Shown: piece after piece, positions 50,217 through 61,324 of the stretch
Layout of the letters: every line of letters starts with the position of its first letter
How positions within the stretch are numbered: position 1 is the first letter of the stretch
From: Tubulanus polymorphus
Lineage: Eukaryota > Animalia > Nemertea
Assembly: GCF_964204645.1 (NCBI RefSeq)
Contig: NC_134033.1
Location: 516,131 to 580,130, forward strand
DNA: 64,000 nucleotides
Direction of reading: 5' to 3'
Program-made: the position numbers and the translations under genes
The notes under the pieces: generated by a model
What the model saw: only the letters and a program-made list of their open reading frames with translations
Database searches by the model: none
What the model was told of the DNA's origin: nothing

Positions 50217-51655
50217 TCGAATACGAATACGAATACGAATACGAATACGAATATTTATTACACTCCAACCATTTCCATGGTATATGGAGGAAAAGAAACA
50301 GTATTTACAATTATTTACAAAAACAGTAGATAAAAGCACTTTGAAACATAACAAACGTTATTTACAACATACTATTTACACACACTACCGGAGGGATCTA
50401 TATACATCCAGACCTAATTTGATAAATTTAGCAAGTTTAAAAGTTGGATTTTTTAAAACATCAAGATTCCGAAAGGTATTTGAATTTAGGTAGCTTTCAC
50501 GGAATACGGTAAGTAATTTACAGTCAAAAATGAAATGTAGTTCGTCGCCTAAAACGTTACAGGTGGGGCATAATCTATCGGTTCTCAGTAGATGGAGATT
50601 TGACAATTTATTTACAGGTAGGAGATAAGACCCAATCCTGAACTGGAATAAGCTGGTCACTAAGTCGTCATCAAGCCGATTTATATAGTTTTCAAATTTG
50701 ATATCCTTCTTATATTGTCTAAAATTAATGTATAACGGGTTATTATTTAGCCTAAATTCTGTCTCTTGCACATGCTGATCACGGAGTAAACGGTGTAATT
50801 GTTTTGGAGAAGTCCTAGAGTTTACCATAGATTGTTGTGTCCATATATACGAAAGGCCACAGTCATCAAAAGTCTTCTTAATAAATAACAGCAGGGGCTC
50901 TTAAACCTATCATTCAGATATAAACTATAAGATATCTTATAGAGAATTGAACTAAGTTTACTTTGTTTGCACTCTATCGTTTTGACCCAAAAATTAATCA
51001 TTCTACGCTTTACGCTTATATACATAGGATAACGTCCTAACTCCGCTAATACTTGAAGGTTATGGGAATATTTTGTAACTTTCATGATAATTTTACAAAA
51101 TAAACAGTGGAGGTTTTCTAATAAGTCAAGGTTTTCATATCCCCAGATTTCGCAACCGTACAACGCGATAGGAGCGACGCACATGTCAAATAGTTTAAAC
51201 ATTACATCTACTGGAAGTTTCAAACGTCTGCCCTTTTGAATAATAGAATACATAGCTTTCATAGCTTTATCATAGAGAAATTTTTTTGCTTTAGCGAAAC
51301 TACCGTTCCAATTGAATTTCACTCCGAGATACACATAATCCTCAACTAACTCTAACTCCTGATTACCGAACATGAATTTCGAAATACGCTTAATCCTACT
51401 TTTACTTCGAGCGAAGACTAATATTTTAGTTTTATCAACATTCACCGTGAGGCCGTTGTCGGCGCAATATTCAAATAATGTATCCAAATGTGACTGGAGA
51501 GATTCCTCATCTTCAGCAAGAATGACTGTGTCATCCGCATAAAGGATAATGAATAAGTTAAGTAAAGTCCCTAGTTCTGGGTCACAATTCACATTAAGCT
51601 TTTCAATATACGACAAAGTTGGTTTACCGCGCGTAGCAAAAAAGTCTTCAATGTC
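50217..51655 (-). mobile_element. 5'-truncated RTE-X-like non-LTR retrotransposon with (TATTCG)n tail
   Basis: RT motif LYADDTVILA, YLGV, C-terminal RLCPTC...DELHFIFDC, a frameshift near 50890, and a 3' hexamer repeat tail at 50217-50252. Confidence 0.88.
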
Positions 51656-52057
51656 GAAGATTTTTGTCCACAGCGCCACCTAGCGAGTCATTACAATTAT
51701 TTCATTTGCGATTGGCCAACTTTCTACATAAATTAACGAGTGATTCTATATAGGCTATAATGTTATATTGACCCATCGTCTTATCCACGCATCGACCAGA
51801 TACGGAAAAAATAACGCCTAAACTTTGTGTAATTTCGTTATTATATATCTTTTTATTTGTTGTTAACAGTTGATTTTCACAGAATTCGGTGACTGTTGCT
51901 CAGCAGAGACAAAACTCTCGCGAGTCCTTTCTGTCCGCAAAGCTGCAAGAAACAAATAATCAATTAATTTTGAATGAGACAGAAGTAAATAAAATGTCAA
52001 TGTTAAGTGAAAAATGAAGAAGATAACTGATCAACTGATTACCTGCGTGAGCGTGAT

Positions 52058-53224
52058 CTAATATCCATAGCCGACTCCTCCGTAACCGGCTCCCATTCCG
52101 ACTCCGTATCCACTTCCAGCTCCAGCACCGGCTCCAGCGCCATAACCAGCTCCAGCTCCCTGTCCGGCACCGTAACTACCGTAACCGGCTCCGTAACCAG
52201 CTCCCAATCCGACTCCGTAACCAGCACCAGCTCCTGCTCCGTAGCCTGATCCGGCACCTGTTCCGGCGCCATAGCTTCCGTAGCCAGCTCCCAATCCGAC
52301 TCCGTAACCAGCACCAGCTCCAGCGCCATAGCCTGCTCCGGCGCCCGTTCCGGCGCCATAGCTTCCGTAGCCAGCTCCCATTCCGACTCCGTAACCAGCA
52401 CCTGCTCCTGCTCCGGCGCCTGATCCGGCACCCATTCCGGCACCATAGCTTCCGTATCCAGCTCCCATTCCGACTCCGTAACCTGCACCAGCTCCAGCGC
52501 CAGCTCCTGCTCCATAACCCATTCCGGCGCCATTATGACCAGCTCCCATTCCTGCTCCAGTTCCGGCACCCACTCCAGCACCTAATCCCGCTCCAGTACC
52601 AACTCCATAACCAGCACCAACTCCAGCACCTAATCCGGCTCCAGTACCAACTCCATAACCAGCACCAACTCCAGCGCCAGTACCAGCACCCAGTCCTACT
52701 CCATAGCCTGCTCCAACTCCAGCACCAGTACCAACTCCGTAACCAGCGCCGAGCCCAGCACCAGTACCAGCACCCGTTCCCACTCCATAGCCTGCTCCAA
52801 CTCCAGCACCAGTACCAACTCCGTAACCAGCGCCGAGCCCAGCACCAGTACCAGCACCCGTTCCCACTCCATAGCCTGCTCCAACTCCAGCACCAGTACC
52901 AACTCCGTAACCAGCTCCCATTCCAGCACCAGTACCAGCACCGACTCCAGCTCCAGTGGCCATTCCGGAACCATACGCACCTCCATGGGCCATTCCAACT
53001 GCGTGGCCGGCTCCATGACCGTAGCCCATTCCGGCGCCATGGCCAACTCCGTGACCGTAGCCCATTCCAGCTCCGTGGCCAACTCCGTGACCGTAGCCCA
53101 TTCCGGCTCCGTGGCCAACTCCGTGACCGTAGCCCATTCCGGCTCCGTGGCCAACTCCGTGACCGTAATAGCTGGCCATACAGCTAGCGATCAGGCCGAG
53201 AAAAATAACTGCAAACTTCGTCAT
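52058..53224 (-). CDS. Secreted Gly/Ala/Tyr-rich fibroin-like structural protein (gene A), ~388 aa
   Basis: Signal-like [17 protein letters not shown], then [12 protein letters not shown] repeats and [11 protein letters not shown] repeats. Acceptor at ~53233, non-coding exon ending ~53664, and a 3' UTR intron at 51943-52042. Confidence 0.88.
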   Translation of the reverse strand: MTKFAVIFLGLIASCMASYYGHGVGHGAGMGYGHGVGHGAGMGYGHGVGHGAGMGYGHGVGHGAGMGYGHGAGHAVGMAHGGAYGSGMATGAGVGAGTGAGMGAGYGVGTGAGVGAGYGVGTGAGTGAGLGAGYGVGTGAGVGAGYGVGTGAGTGAGLGAGYGVGTGAGVGAGYGVGLGAGTGAGVGAGYGVGTGAGLGAGVGAGYGVGTGAGLGAGVGAGTGAGMGAGHNGAGMGYGAGAGAGAGAGYGVGMGAGYGSYGAGMGAGSGAGAGAGAGYGVGMGAGYGSYGAGTGAGAGYGAGAGAGYGVGLGAGYGSYGAGTGAGSGYGAGAGAGYGVGLGAGYGAGYGSYGAGQGAGAGYGAGAGAGAGSGYGVGMGAGYGGVGYGY

Positions 53225-54009
53225 ATTGTCGCCTGAAATAGATAACAATGTAATTGAATATATCTGACTAAATGATAGACCTAACTATCAAAATGGTTGT
53301 CTCTTGTGAATCCCCCTATGACATCATTAAACCAACAATCATTCAAGTTATTCGTTGGTTATGATTTACTTTCGAATATAAAGATCAAATCGGAAGTGGA
53401 CAATTTGATGAAGTCATAGAGGGAGATTTATGAAGGGCATTTATGGAAAGGTTTATGGAAGTTACAATAGACACCTGATCGCCATATGGAAAATGAATAA
53501 CGTGGCCATTTTAAAGGCAACAACCTTAAATTTCTAGAATATTGTGCATTTTCCGTCAAATGAATACGGAGAAATTGAATCCAAAATTTCTAGTATTTAC
53601 AAGAATTGAAACGTGAGACTCGTGTCAAAAGAAAATCGGTTTGTGTTCCATTTTTCAGCTTACCTTATTTCAAGTATCGCACTGACCCAGGTTAACCTGC
53701 AGCCTTCGTGAAAGAAAGAGTATTCAATACTAAAGAAAATCTACCAGATCGGAATTCGCATTATATCCGTTTGAAAAGCATCAATTCTTTCAATCTGTTA
53801 CCGAAGTAAGGTTCACATTAAATTGTTGATTTATGTGCGGGACGGTCACAAATGTAACGTGTTTGGGGCGATTTTTCACACTTTGCTGAAATAAAACGAA
53901 AATGTCTGCCATTTGTGGACACCTGTCGCGGCCCGGCTGCGCAGGTTGCGATTTAAAACCGAAAATGGTGATTAAGTTATTTGTTTGGTTTTTGATTGGT
54001 TACACAACA

Positions 54010-54642
54010 AAATGAGTTTGGTCTGGGCTCAAGTTGTTAGATTGGTTATAAAAAAAACCCGAAATGAGCTTATACTGATCTTAAGTTGTTAGATTGGCTA
54101 TAGATATAAAGTTGTTAGATTGGCTATAGAACTTTAGGCGAGTTTAGACTGGCTATAGAACCAAAATGAGCTGAGACTGGTCTTAAGTTGTTAGATTGGT
54201 TATAGAACCAAAATGAGCTTAGACTGGTCTTAAGTTGTTAGATTGGTTATAGAACCAAAATGAGCTTCAACTGGTCTTAAGTTGTTAGATTGGTTATAGA
54301 ACCAAAATGAGCTTAGACTGGTCTTAAGTTGTTAGATTGGTTATATAACTAAAATGAGCTTAGACTGGTCTTAAGTTGTTAGATTGGTTATAGAACCAAA
54401 ATGAGCTTCAACTGGTCTTAAGTTGTTAGATTGGTTATATAACTAAAATGAGCTTAGACTGGTCTTAAGTTGTTAGATTGGTGCAAGAACCAAAATGAGC
54501 TTAGACTGGTCTTAAGTTGTTAGATTGGTTATATAACTAAAATGAGCTTAGACTGGTCTTAAGTTGTTAGATTGGTTATAGAAAATAAGGTGAGATTAGA
54601 CTGGTTTTAAGTTGTTAGATTGGTTATAAAACCAAAATGAGA
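54010..54642. repeat. 44-bp satellite array (~13 units); further copies at 16290-16385, 41280-41400, 56430-56615 and 59040-59097
   Basis: Same unit as 43916-44703, in opposite orientation. Confidence 0.9.
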
Positions 54643-54759
54643 CCTTCTTGATGAAAAAACGGTTGGACTAGGTGAAACTTACTACTTTATCTAATTCTTT
54701 CAACTCCATACAGCGGACCTTTTTTCCCATGTGAAAGTAGAGGAATTTTTCGAAACTAA

Positions 54760-54955
54760 CCACACCTGACTGGTCACCAGCGGACATATAACTGGTCACC
54801 GTAGCTAGACGGTCACTACACTGACCAGGGAAAACTTCCAAACCTTAGTGACCACTGCAGATCTATGGTCTATTGGTTAGCATGCTCAGCTAGCATGCTG
54901 GAGGTAGCAGGTTCGAGTCCTGCTAGGGTTAGGGTTACGGCCGAGCTACGGTTAG
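54760..54955 (+). mobile_element. tRNA-Ala-like + TTAGGG repeat family copy 2
   Basis: Perfect T-arm GCAGG-TTCGAGT-CCTGC, anticodon-like TAGCAT 6-nt loop, followed by tagggttagggtta. Confidence 0.65.
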
Positions 54956-55283
54956 CCCTCACTTACGGCACTTCGTCACTATTTTGATGACGTCCAGACG
55001 TTCTTATTGAAGTTGACGCCGTGATGTTACTTTTCTATTTTCGAGTAAGGCCATTCCAGCGAATCAATGTCCCGGCCACCATCGATTCAAGGCTTTTTTC
55101 TCGTCCTCTAGTATTTGGAAATATAGCATTCGGTTAGTCTGATGACTACACGTCCACTGAATTACCTAAGTTCTTTAATGAAAGTGACAAAATCATGTTC
55201 GAGGTTTTACGAATTCTGTCTTGACAAAATTCTGCTACATAAATAATAGGTACTGATCGGTGATTGGTATGGGTATATATGAT

Positions 55284-55465
55284 GTGCTGCCCTCTGGTGA
55301 ACTGGATTTGTACTACGCTCTACCCTCTGGTGAATATAGGGACTACGTGCTGCCCTCTGGTCGACTTTATTGGGACTGCGTGCTGCCCTCTGGTGGACTG
55401 TATGGGGACTACCTGATTCCCTCAGATTAGATATATCATTGGGAGTAGGTGCTGCCATCTGGTGG
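55284..55465 (-). promoter_or_regulatory. Cluster of five CTCF-like motifs in a ~32-bp periodic repeat
   Basis: Reverse complements include CACCAGAGGGCAGCAC and CCACCAGATGGCAGCAC, matching the CTCF consensus CCASYAGRKGGCRS. Confidence 0.4.
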
Positions 55466-55762
55466 AATGTAACACGAATTATCACGGAAAAGAAAAACTT
55501 CAACTGAAAACATTTCAAATTGTTTTGTTTTTTTATAAGTTTTTTTTTTTATTTTGACCATAACTCGATTCACAACGGAACTGGTTAATACTTCGACCAA
55601 TGATCGTGCCGGAGATGATGACGTCATCGTGCTAACGATCGAATCTAGAAATGAATTAACAGAACGAATTATTCATACAGAGACACAGTTTTTAGACAGA
55701 ATGATCCAATTGCAAACATAAAACACTAATTACCGATAAATGGAATATGGTTAGGATGAAAT

Positions 55763-56311
55763 CTAATAGTAGCCTCCGTATCCACCTCCCATTCCTCCGT
55801 ATCCACCTCCCATTCCTCCGTATCCACCTCCCATTCCTCCGTATCCACCTCCCATTCCTCCGGCCATACCTCCTCCGTAGCCACCGGCCATGCTACCTCC
55901 ATAACCACCAGCCATGCTACCTCCATAACCACCGGCCATTCCTCCTCCGTAGCCACCGGCCATTCCTCCTCCCATGCCACCGGCCATTCCTCCTCCGTAG
56001 CCACCGGCCATTCCTCCTCCGTAGCCACCGGCCATGCCTCCTCCGTAGCCACCGGCCATGCCTCCTCCGTAGCCACCGGCCATTCCTCCTCCGTAGCCAC
56101 CGGCCATTCCTCCTCCGTAGCCACCGGCCATTCCTCCTCCCATGCCACCGGCCATTCCTCCTCCGTAGCCACCGGCCATTCCTCCTCCATAGCTACCGGC
56201 CATTCCTCCTCCCATGCCACCGGCCATTCCTCCTCCGTAGCCAACTCCGTAGCCGATGCCGGCCATACAGGTGGCGATCAGGCCGAGAAAAATAACTGCA
56301 AACTTCATCAT
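55763..56311 (-). CDS. Secreted Gly/Met/Tyr-rich protein (gene B), 182 aa, (GGYGGGMA)n
   Basis: Signal [17 protein letters not shown] is nearly identical to gene A. Non-coding exon donor at ~56705 and TATA-like ctatataa at ~56793-56800. Confidence 0.88.
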   Translation of the reverse strand: MMKFAVIFLGLIATCMAGIGYGVGYGGGMAGGMGGGMAGSYGGGMAGGYGGGMAGGMGGGMAGGYGGGMAGGYGGGMAGGYGGGMAGGYGGGMAGGYGGGMAGGYGGGMAGGMGGGMAGGYGGGMAGGYGGSMAGGYGGSMAGGYGGGMAGGMGGGYGGMGGGYGGMGGGYGGMGGGYGGYY

Positions 56312-57465
56312 ATTGTATGCCTAAATATGAGAGAAATTACGCGACGATCAACAAAAATCGACAACCAGCAATAAACAACATCTAGACATATATTAAATTT
56401 ACACCTCTATAATGTTGACCAGTTTTACAACCAGTCTAAAACCATCTTTACTTCTATAACAACTCAAGTCTCAGCTGATTTTGGTTCTATAACCAATCAT
56501 ACAACTTAAGACCAGTCTAAGCTCATTTTAGTTCTATAACCAATCTAACAACTTAAGACCAGTCTAAACTCATTTCAGTTCTATAACCAATCTAACAACT
56601 TAAGACCAGTCTAAGCTATTATTTAAGTCATTACTTATCCACTCGCATACTTCGGCCGATATTTTGCAGCCCAAGAAGTCCATGGCTCCTGAGATCTAAT
56701 CTTACCTTATTTTAATCGCTAGAATTCGGTAACAGAAATGTTTTCCGGGTAGCTGCCCTAAGGGTAGTGTCGGCAACGATACAAGGGTTTGTTTATATAG
56801 ATCGGACACGGCTTTAAAAGGCACCTGTTACATGACCAAGGAGCCAATAATACTAGATTTATGTAAGAATATACAAACGCGCACATGTTTGCGTTTGTCT
56901 GATGTGGAGTCATCTGAGCTCGTAAACTAAAGCTCTGCCTCCAGACTGCTGTTTTTACAACGTTGTAAATTAAAGGAGATCACGAAAAAAATCCCAACAT
57001 TCTATAGAGACGTGACCTACATATCATACTCGATACTGTCTTTAGGGGTGTAGCCTGGACTTTCCGCGGGGCTCAGATTTTAGAAGGTGGGGAACTGCAA
57101 AATGTTATCTGGGAAACCCAAGGCCAGACAATTTTTGAAAAAAGAAATTCCAGAATAACGGATGATTTTACAAAGGTTTTAAAGGGTAAAAAAGGGAGAA
57201 TCCGAGGGAAAATCCGGTTCATCGAACGGTAAGAGACTGTGGAGCAGAGGACCGCGCACTGGCGCCATCTAACTTGGAGGTCACGGAGGCTCTGATTGGC
57301 TAACTGCTAGCCAATCAAAGGCCTTCTCTTTCGTATCTCCTCTGTCTTTGTACTTTAACATCACAGGACGGACGCCTGGCCAAAACACCATCTGCATTTG
57401 CCTCAGTCTGTGACTACGTTAATGATTTTTTTTGGGTGGTCCAATGAAGTGGGGTCTGAGTTGCG

Positions 57466-57864
57466 AGGTTTAATTTGACTCTGAATCCAGTTCCACAGTT
57501 GTGTGGGTTTAATTTGACTCTGAATCCAGTCCCACAGTTGTGAGTGTTTAATTTGACTCTGGATCCAGTTCCACAGTTGTGAGGGTTTAATTTGACTCTG
57601 GATCCAGTTCCACAGTTGTGAGGGTTTAATTTGACTCTGGATCCAGTCCCACAGTTGTGTGGGTTTAATTTGACTCTGGATCCAGTTCGACAGTTGACTG
57701 TGTGGGTTTAATTTGACTCTGAATCCAGTCCCACAGTTGTGTGGGTTTAATTTGACTCTGGATCCAGTTCGACAGTTGACTGTGAGGGTTTAATTTGACT
57801 CTGAATCAAGTCCCACAGTTGACTGTGTGGGTTTAATTTGACTCTGGATCCAGTCCCACAGTTA
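57466..57864. repeat. ~38-bp minisatellite (gggtttaatttgactctggatccagttccacagttgtg) x~10
   Basis: Direct tandem units containing the window-wide ggatccagttccacag motif. Confidence 0.9.
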
Positions 57865-58256
57865 TCCCACTGTATCCAACACCCCGGGCATTACAACCGT
57901 TTGTAATGAATGCAGAAATGTATGAACATTTATTGCACGATATTTAATTTTCACAGATTTTCATAACAAGAAATTTGTCATTTTTTCACAAGACGTGACA
58001 ATAAATTACGTGTACGGGGGTGTCACGTGTTATTAGCATCGCGTGATCTATGGCACTGCCGATGATCTCTAGCACCACGTGACTGTTATTTACGGTGCAT
58101 TGTGAACGTTACGAGTCCAACAGATCGAGGGTTGCAAGTGATTGAACGTTGGTTGTTAGTGATTGAGTGAATGAATGGCGGACACCTTAGCAAACTTTAC
58201 TGCGCTATCTCTTATCCACTGGTTGAGACGCGTTCAGTTCGACAATCGTGAGTTCG

Positions 58257-58944
58257 GGCTTGCTTGTATCGACAAGTGACGCGACGCCTACCGACTCCAA
58301 CCGACGCAACTGAGGCCGACTAGCGGGATACGATCCTCCCAGTTGCTTCCCTGCTTATGTCGGTTACGATTACTTGCAACTGCGCGACGGCTCGAATGGG
58401 AAATATATTTTCAGTTGAAAAGCTATTACTTTAAGATCTTCATCTTTCTGATTCTTTTTTGAATATAATGATGCTAGATAGCGACATCATATAGAGAGGG
58501 CCGCTCTAACCATAATTCTACCAACTTCGTTCCTTGACCTTCTATCAAGTCATCTGCCGTGCTGAAGGTTTGGTTTTACGTTTTGAACTACTTGAATTTG
58601 AAGTTTGTGACATGGTAGTTATAATGTTTTACTAGCGGTCAGAATTTTTAGTCGATCTTTGATTGGCTGGAATTATTGTGCTCAATTCCGTCGCGTCGCA
58701 GATGAGCTTATGTCGGTTGCGATCGAAAGCAACTGTCCGCCTACCGTAGCCCGGAGTAGAACATGGGCAACTAGCCGGATACGGCTTGCGACGAGTCGGT
58801 AGGCGTCGGGTTGCCATCGGAAGCCGGCTTATGTCGAACCGATAGAGCAGCAACTGGCGACCTATAGGCCGCTAGTTGCCGCTAATCGGCGATAAGCCCA
58901 GTTGCGTCGGTAGGCGTCGAGTTGCTTGTCGACATAAGCCAGCC
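58257..58944. mobile_element. ~690-bp non-autonomous DNA transposon
   Basis: Imperfect ~39-bp TIRs ggcttgcttgtatcgacaagtgacgcgacgcctaccgac / gtcggtaggcgtcgagttgcttgtcgacataagccagcc, plus subterminal repeats. Confidence 0.7.
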
Positions 58945-59527
58945 TTTTAGAGTTAACTCTGAACTCTGGATCCAGTTCCACAGTCGTGAGTTAGAGTTAA
59001 CTCTGAACTCTGGATCCAGTTCCACAGTCGTGAGTTAGAGTCTAACAACTGAAGACCAGTCTAAGCTCATTTTGGTTCTATAACCGATCTAACAACAAGA
59101 CCGGGGACCAGTTGCTCGAAAGTGGTTAAAGTTAACCAGTGGATAGGTGACATACTGACAATTGAAAGTTCATTGTTACTATGGTATCTATCCACCGGTT
59201 ATCTTTAACCAAATTTTGAGCAATTGGTCCCAGACTTCCTAAGTTATTAATTTGACTGATGCATTGACTGTCTCATCCCTTTATAAAACAACGCTGAAAT
59301 TATCAGTGATACCATTAATCCGCACGTATTTCTGTTTTGTTAAGTTCTAACGTTAAATGTCGTAATGTATATTGTAAAATATTTTGCGCTCTTTGCAATT
59401 TTATAAATGTGGAGTAAATAAACTAATTAGACGAGAAGATACACAATATCCGTGTACGATGATGACGAGAGAAATCCCACAATAACAAAGGCTAACCCCA
59501 GTAGATTTCGGCTAATCAGTTGATCAG

Positions 59528-59570
59528 TACGCCTGATGATGGCTAACAGTTGTTAGCCGAAACGTCGTTC
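59528..59570 (+). ncRNA. Solo minimal hammerhead ribozyme motif (second family)
   Basis: CTGATGA T GGCTAAC-agtt-GTTAGCC GAAA C GTC: intact core, 7-bp stem II and GUC triplet. Stem I is weak. Confidence 0.55.
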
Positions 59571-60166
59571 CTCAAATACAATCATTCTGATATAGAATTT
59601 TTCAATCTTGGCTTCGTTATTGTGGGATTTCTCTCGTCAAATAAACTAATTGTAACGTGTGATTTTTCTGCATGCCAGTATTTCCATACGCCCTGCCGAT
59701 CCTTTCTGAAGTGCTCTCCTCAATTCCCAAAATGGCGGTTGACCGTATGTGACATAAGCGCCGGCTTTCGAATGACAAATAAAAAATGGAGTGACACCCT
59801 GTTTGTTTTACGTGATGAAGAGAGAGGGAAATTTTATTTTGTCATTCAACAATTTTGAATTGAACAATATTCATCTAGTTTAAAAGATGTTTCGAATTTT
59901 TGAGGCCAATTCCGATGATGTTTTTTTTTTAAATCTTTTCAACCATTCTTTCTCGGCCTGCCTTCTGTTTCAAACCATCTACAAATTATACAGCAAATAA
60001 TGGCATTCATTATAACGGTCGGTTTAATTCGAATTTCGTATTTTTAAATTATAACAGTTATAACGGTTAGTTGTTAGTTTCTGATTCAAATTCCGTATTT
60101 CTAACCTGGTAACAAAACCTACCTTATAAACGATTGCTAATCAACTGCTTATCGACGTTGACCTGT

Positions 60167-61324
60167 CTAATACATGCCAAAGTTAGCGCCATTGTTGCCA
60201 AAGACGTTGCTGCCATATCCTCCATTAGCTCCGAAACCAGTGGCGCCTCCGTTGGCAAAACCTCCGTTACCGAAACCAGATTTGTGGCCAGCAGCGCCGC
60301 CATTGGCGAAACCTCCGTAACCACCGGCAGCTCCTTGGGCACCTTTTGCGGATTGGGCACCTCCGGCAGCGTGTCCGCCTTGGGCACCGTATCCTCGGGC
60401 ACCTCCGAATGCGTTTTGGGCGCTGAGACCAGCACGGTTGTCGTGGGCTTGGTCGATGCCACGGTTGTGACCACGTTTACTGCTGAAGGTTTGGACGTTG
60501 CTGAATCCACCGTTTTTGGCGAATCCACCCTTGGATCCTTGTCCGGCGACACCTCCCTGAGATCCGGCAGCTCCGTAAGCTCCTCCGCGGTTGAAAGCAC
60601 CACCTCCACGGTTTCCGAATCCACCGTAACCTGCATTGAATCCTTGTTTGCCGTAACCTTGGTTAAAACCGTTTCCGAATCCACCGCGGGCACCACCTCC
60701 GTGGTTGTTGGCTCCCCAGTTGTTGAAATTACTTCCGTGTGGGCGGGCCATGTAGCCACCTCCGTAGCCACCTCCCATTCCCATTCCTCCTCCGTAACCA
60801 CCTCCCATGCCACCTCCCATGCCACCTCCGTAGCCACCTCCCATGCCAACTCCGCCTCCGTAACCTCCTCCTACTCCACCTCCGAATCCACCTCCGTAGC
60901 CACCTCCCATGCCAACTCCACCTCCTACTCCACCTCCGTAGCCACCTCCCATGCCACCTCCGTAGCCACCTCCCATGCCAACTCCACCTCCTACTCCACC
61001 TCCGTAGCCACCTCCAACTCCGCCTCCGTAACCTCCTCCTACTCCACCTCCGAATCCACCTCCGTAGCCACCTCCAATGCCACCTCCCATGCCACCTCCG
61101 TAGCCACCTCCAATGCCACCTCCTATTCCTCCTCCGTAGCCACCTCCAATGCCACCTCCCATTCCTCCTCCGTAGCCTCCCATAGTACCATAGCCTGAAA
61201 AAAGTGATGAAATAATAGTATAAATACAATTTACTGGTTTGGAAACTGGAGATATAGTCTGGCAATACTCACCGACTCCAGCAGAAGCTACTGCGATCAA
61301 AGCTAAGAAAATTGCAAGCTTCAT
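60167..61324 (-). CDS. Secreted Gly-rich protein (gene C), ~359 aa after splicing
   Basis: Exons 61324-61273 and 61194-60167, separated by a 78-nt in-frame intron gtgag...tttcag. Signal MKLAIFLALIAVASA, GGGY/GGGM repeats, then an N/F/K/R-rich Gly domain. Non-coding exon at ~61788 and TATA-like at ~61879. Confidence 0.88.
   Translation of the reverse strand: MKLAIFLALIAVASAGVGEYCQTISPVSKPVNCIYTIISSLFSGYGTMGGYGGGMGGGIGGGYGGGIGGGIGGGYGGGMGGGIGGGYGGGFGGGVGGGYGGGVGGGYGGGVGGGVGMGGGYGGGMGGGYGGGVGGGVGMGGGYGGGFGGGVGGGYGGGVGMGGGYGGGMGGGMGGGYGGGMGMGGGYGGGYMARPHGSNFNNWGANNHGGGARGGFGNGFNQGYGKQGFNAGYGGFGNRGGGAFNRGGAYGAAGSQGGVAGQGSKGGFAKNGGFSNVQTFSSKRGHNRGIDQAHDNRAGLSAQNAFGGARGYGAQGGHAAGGAQSAKGAQGAAGGYGGFANGGAAGHKSGFGNGGFANGGATGFGANGGYGSNVFGNNGANFGMY

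Noticed and set aside
52039-61265. Alternative-frame and antisense ORFs over the Gly-rich genes (Glu-rich, Ser/Thr-rich, Arg/Trp-rich)
   Set aside because: Shadow frames of GGN-rich repeats. Only the Gly frames have signal peptides and gene structure.
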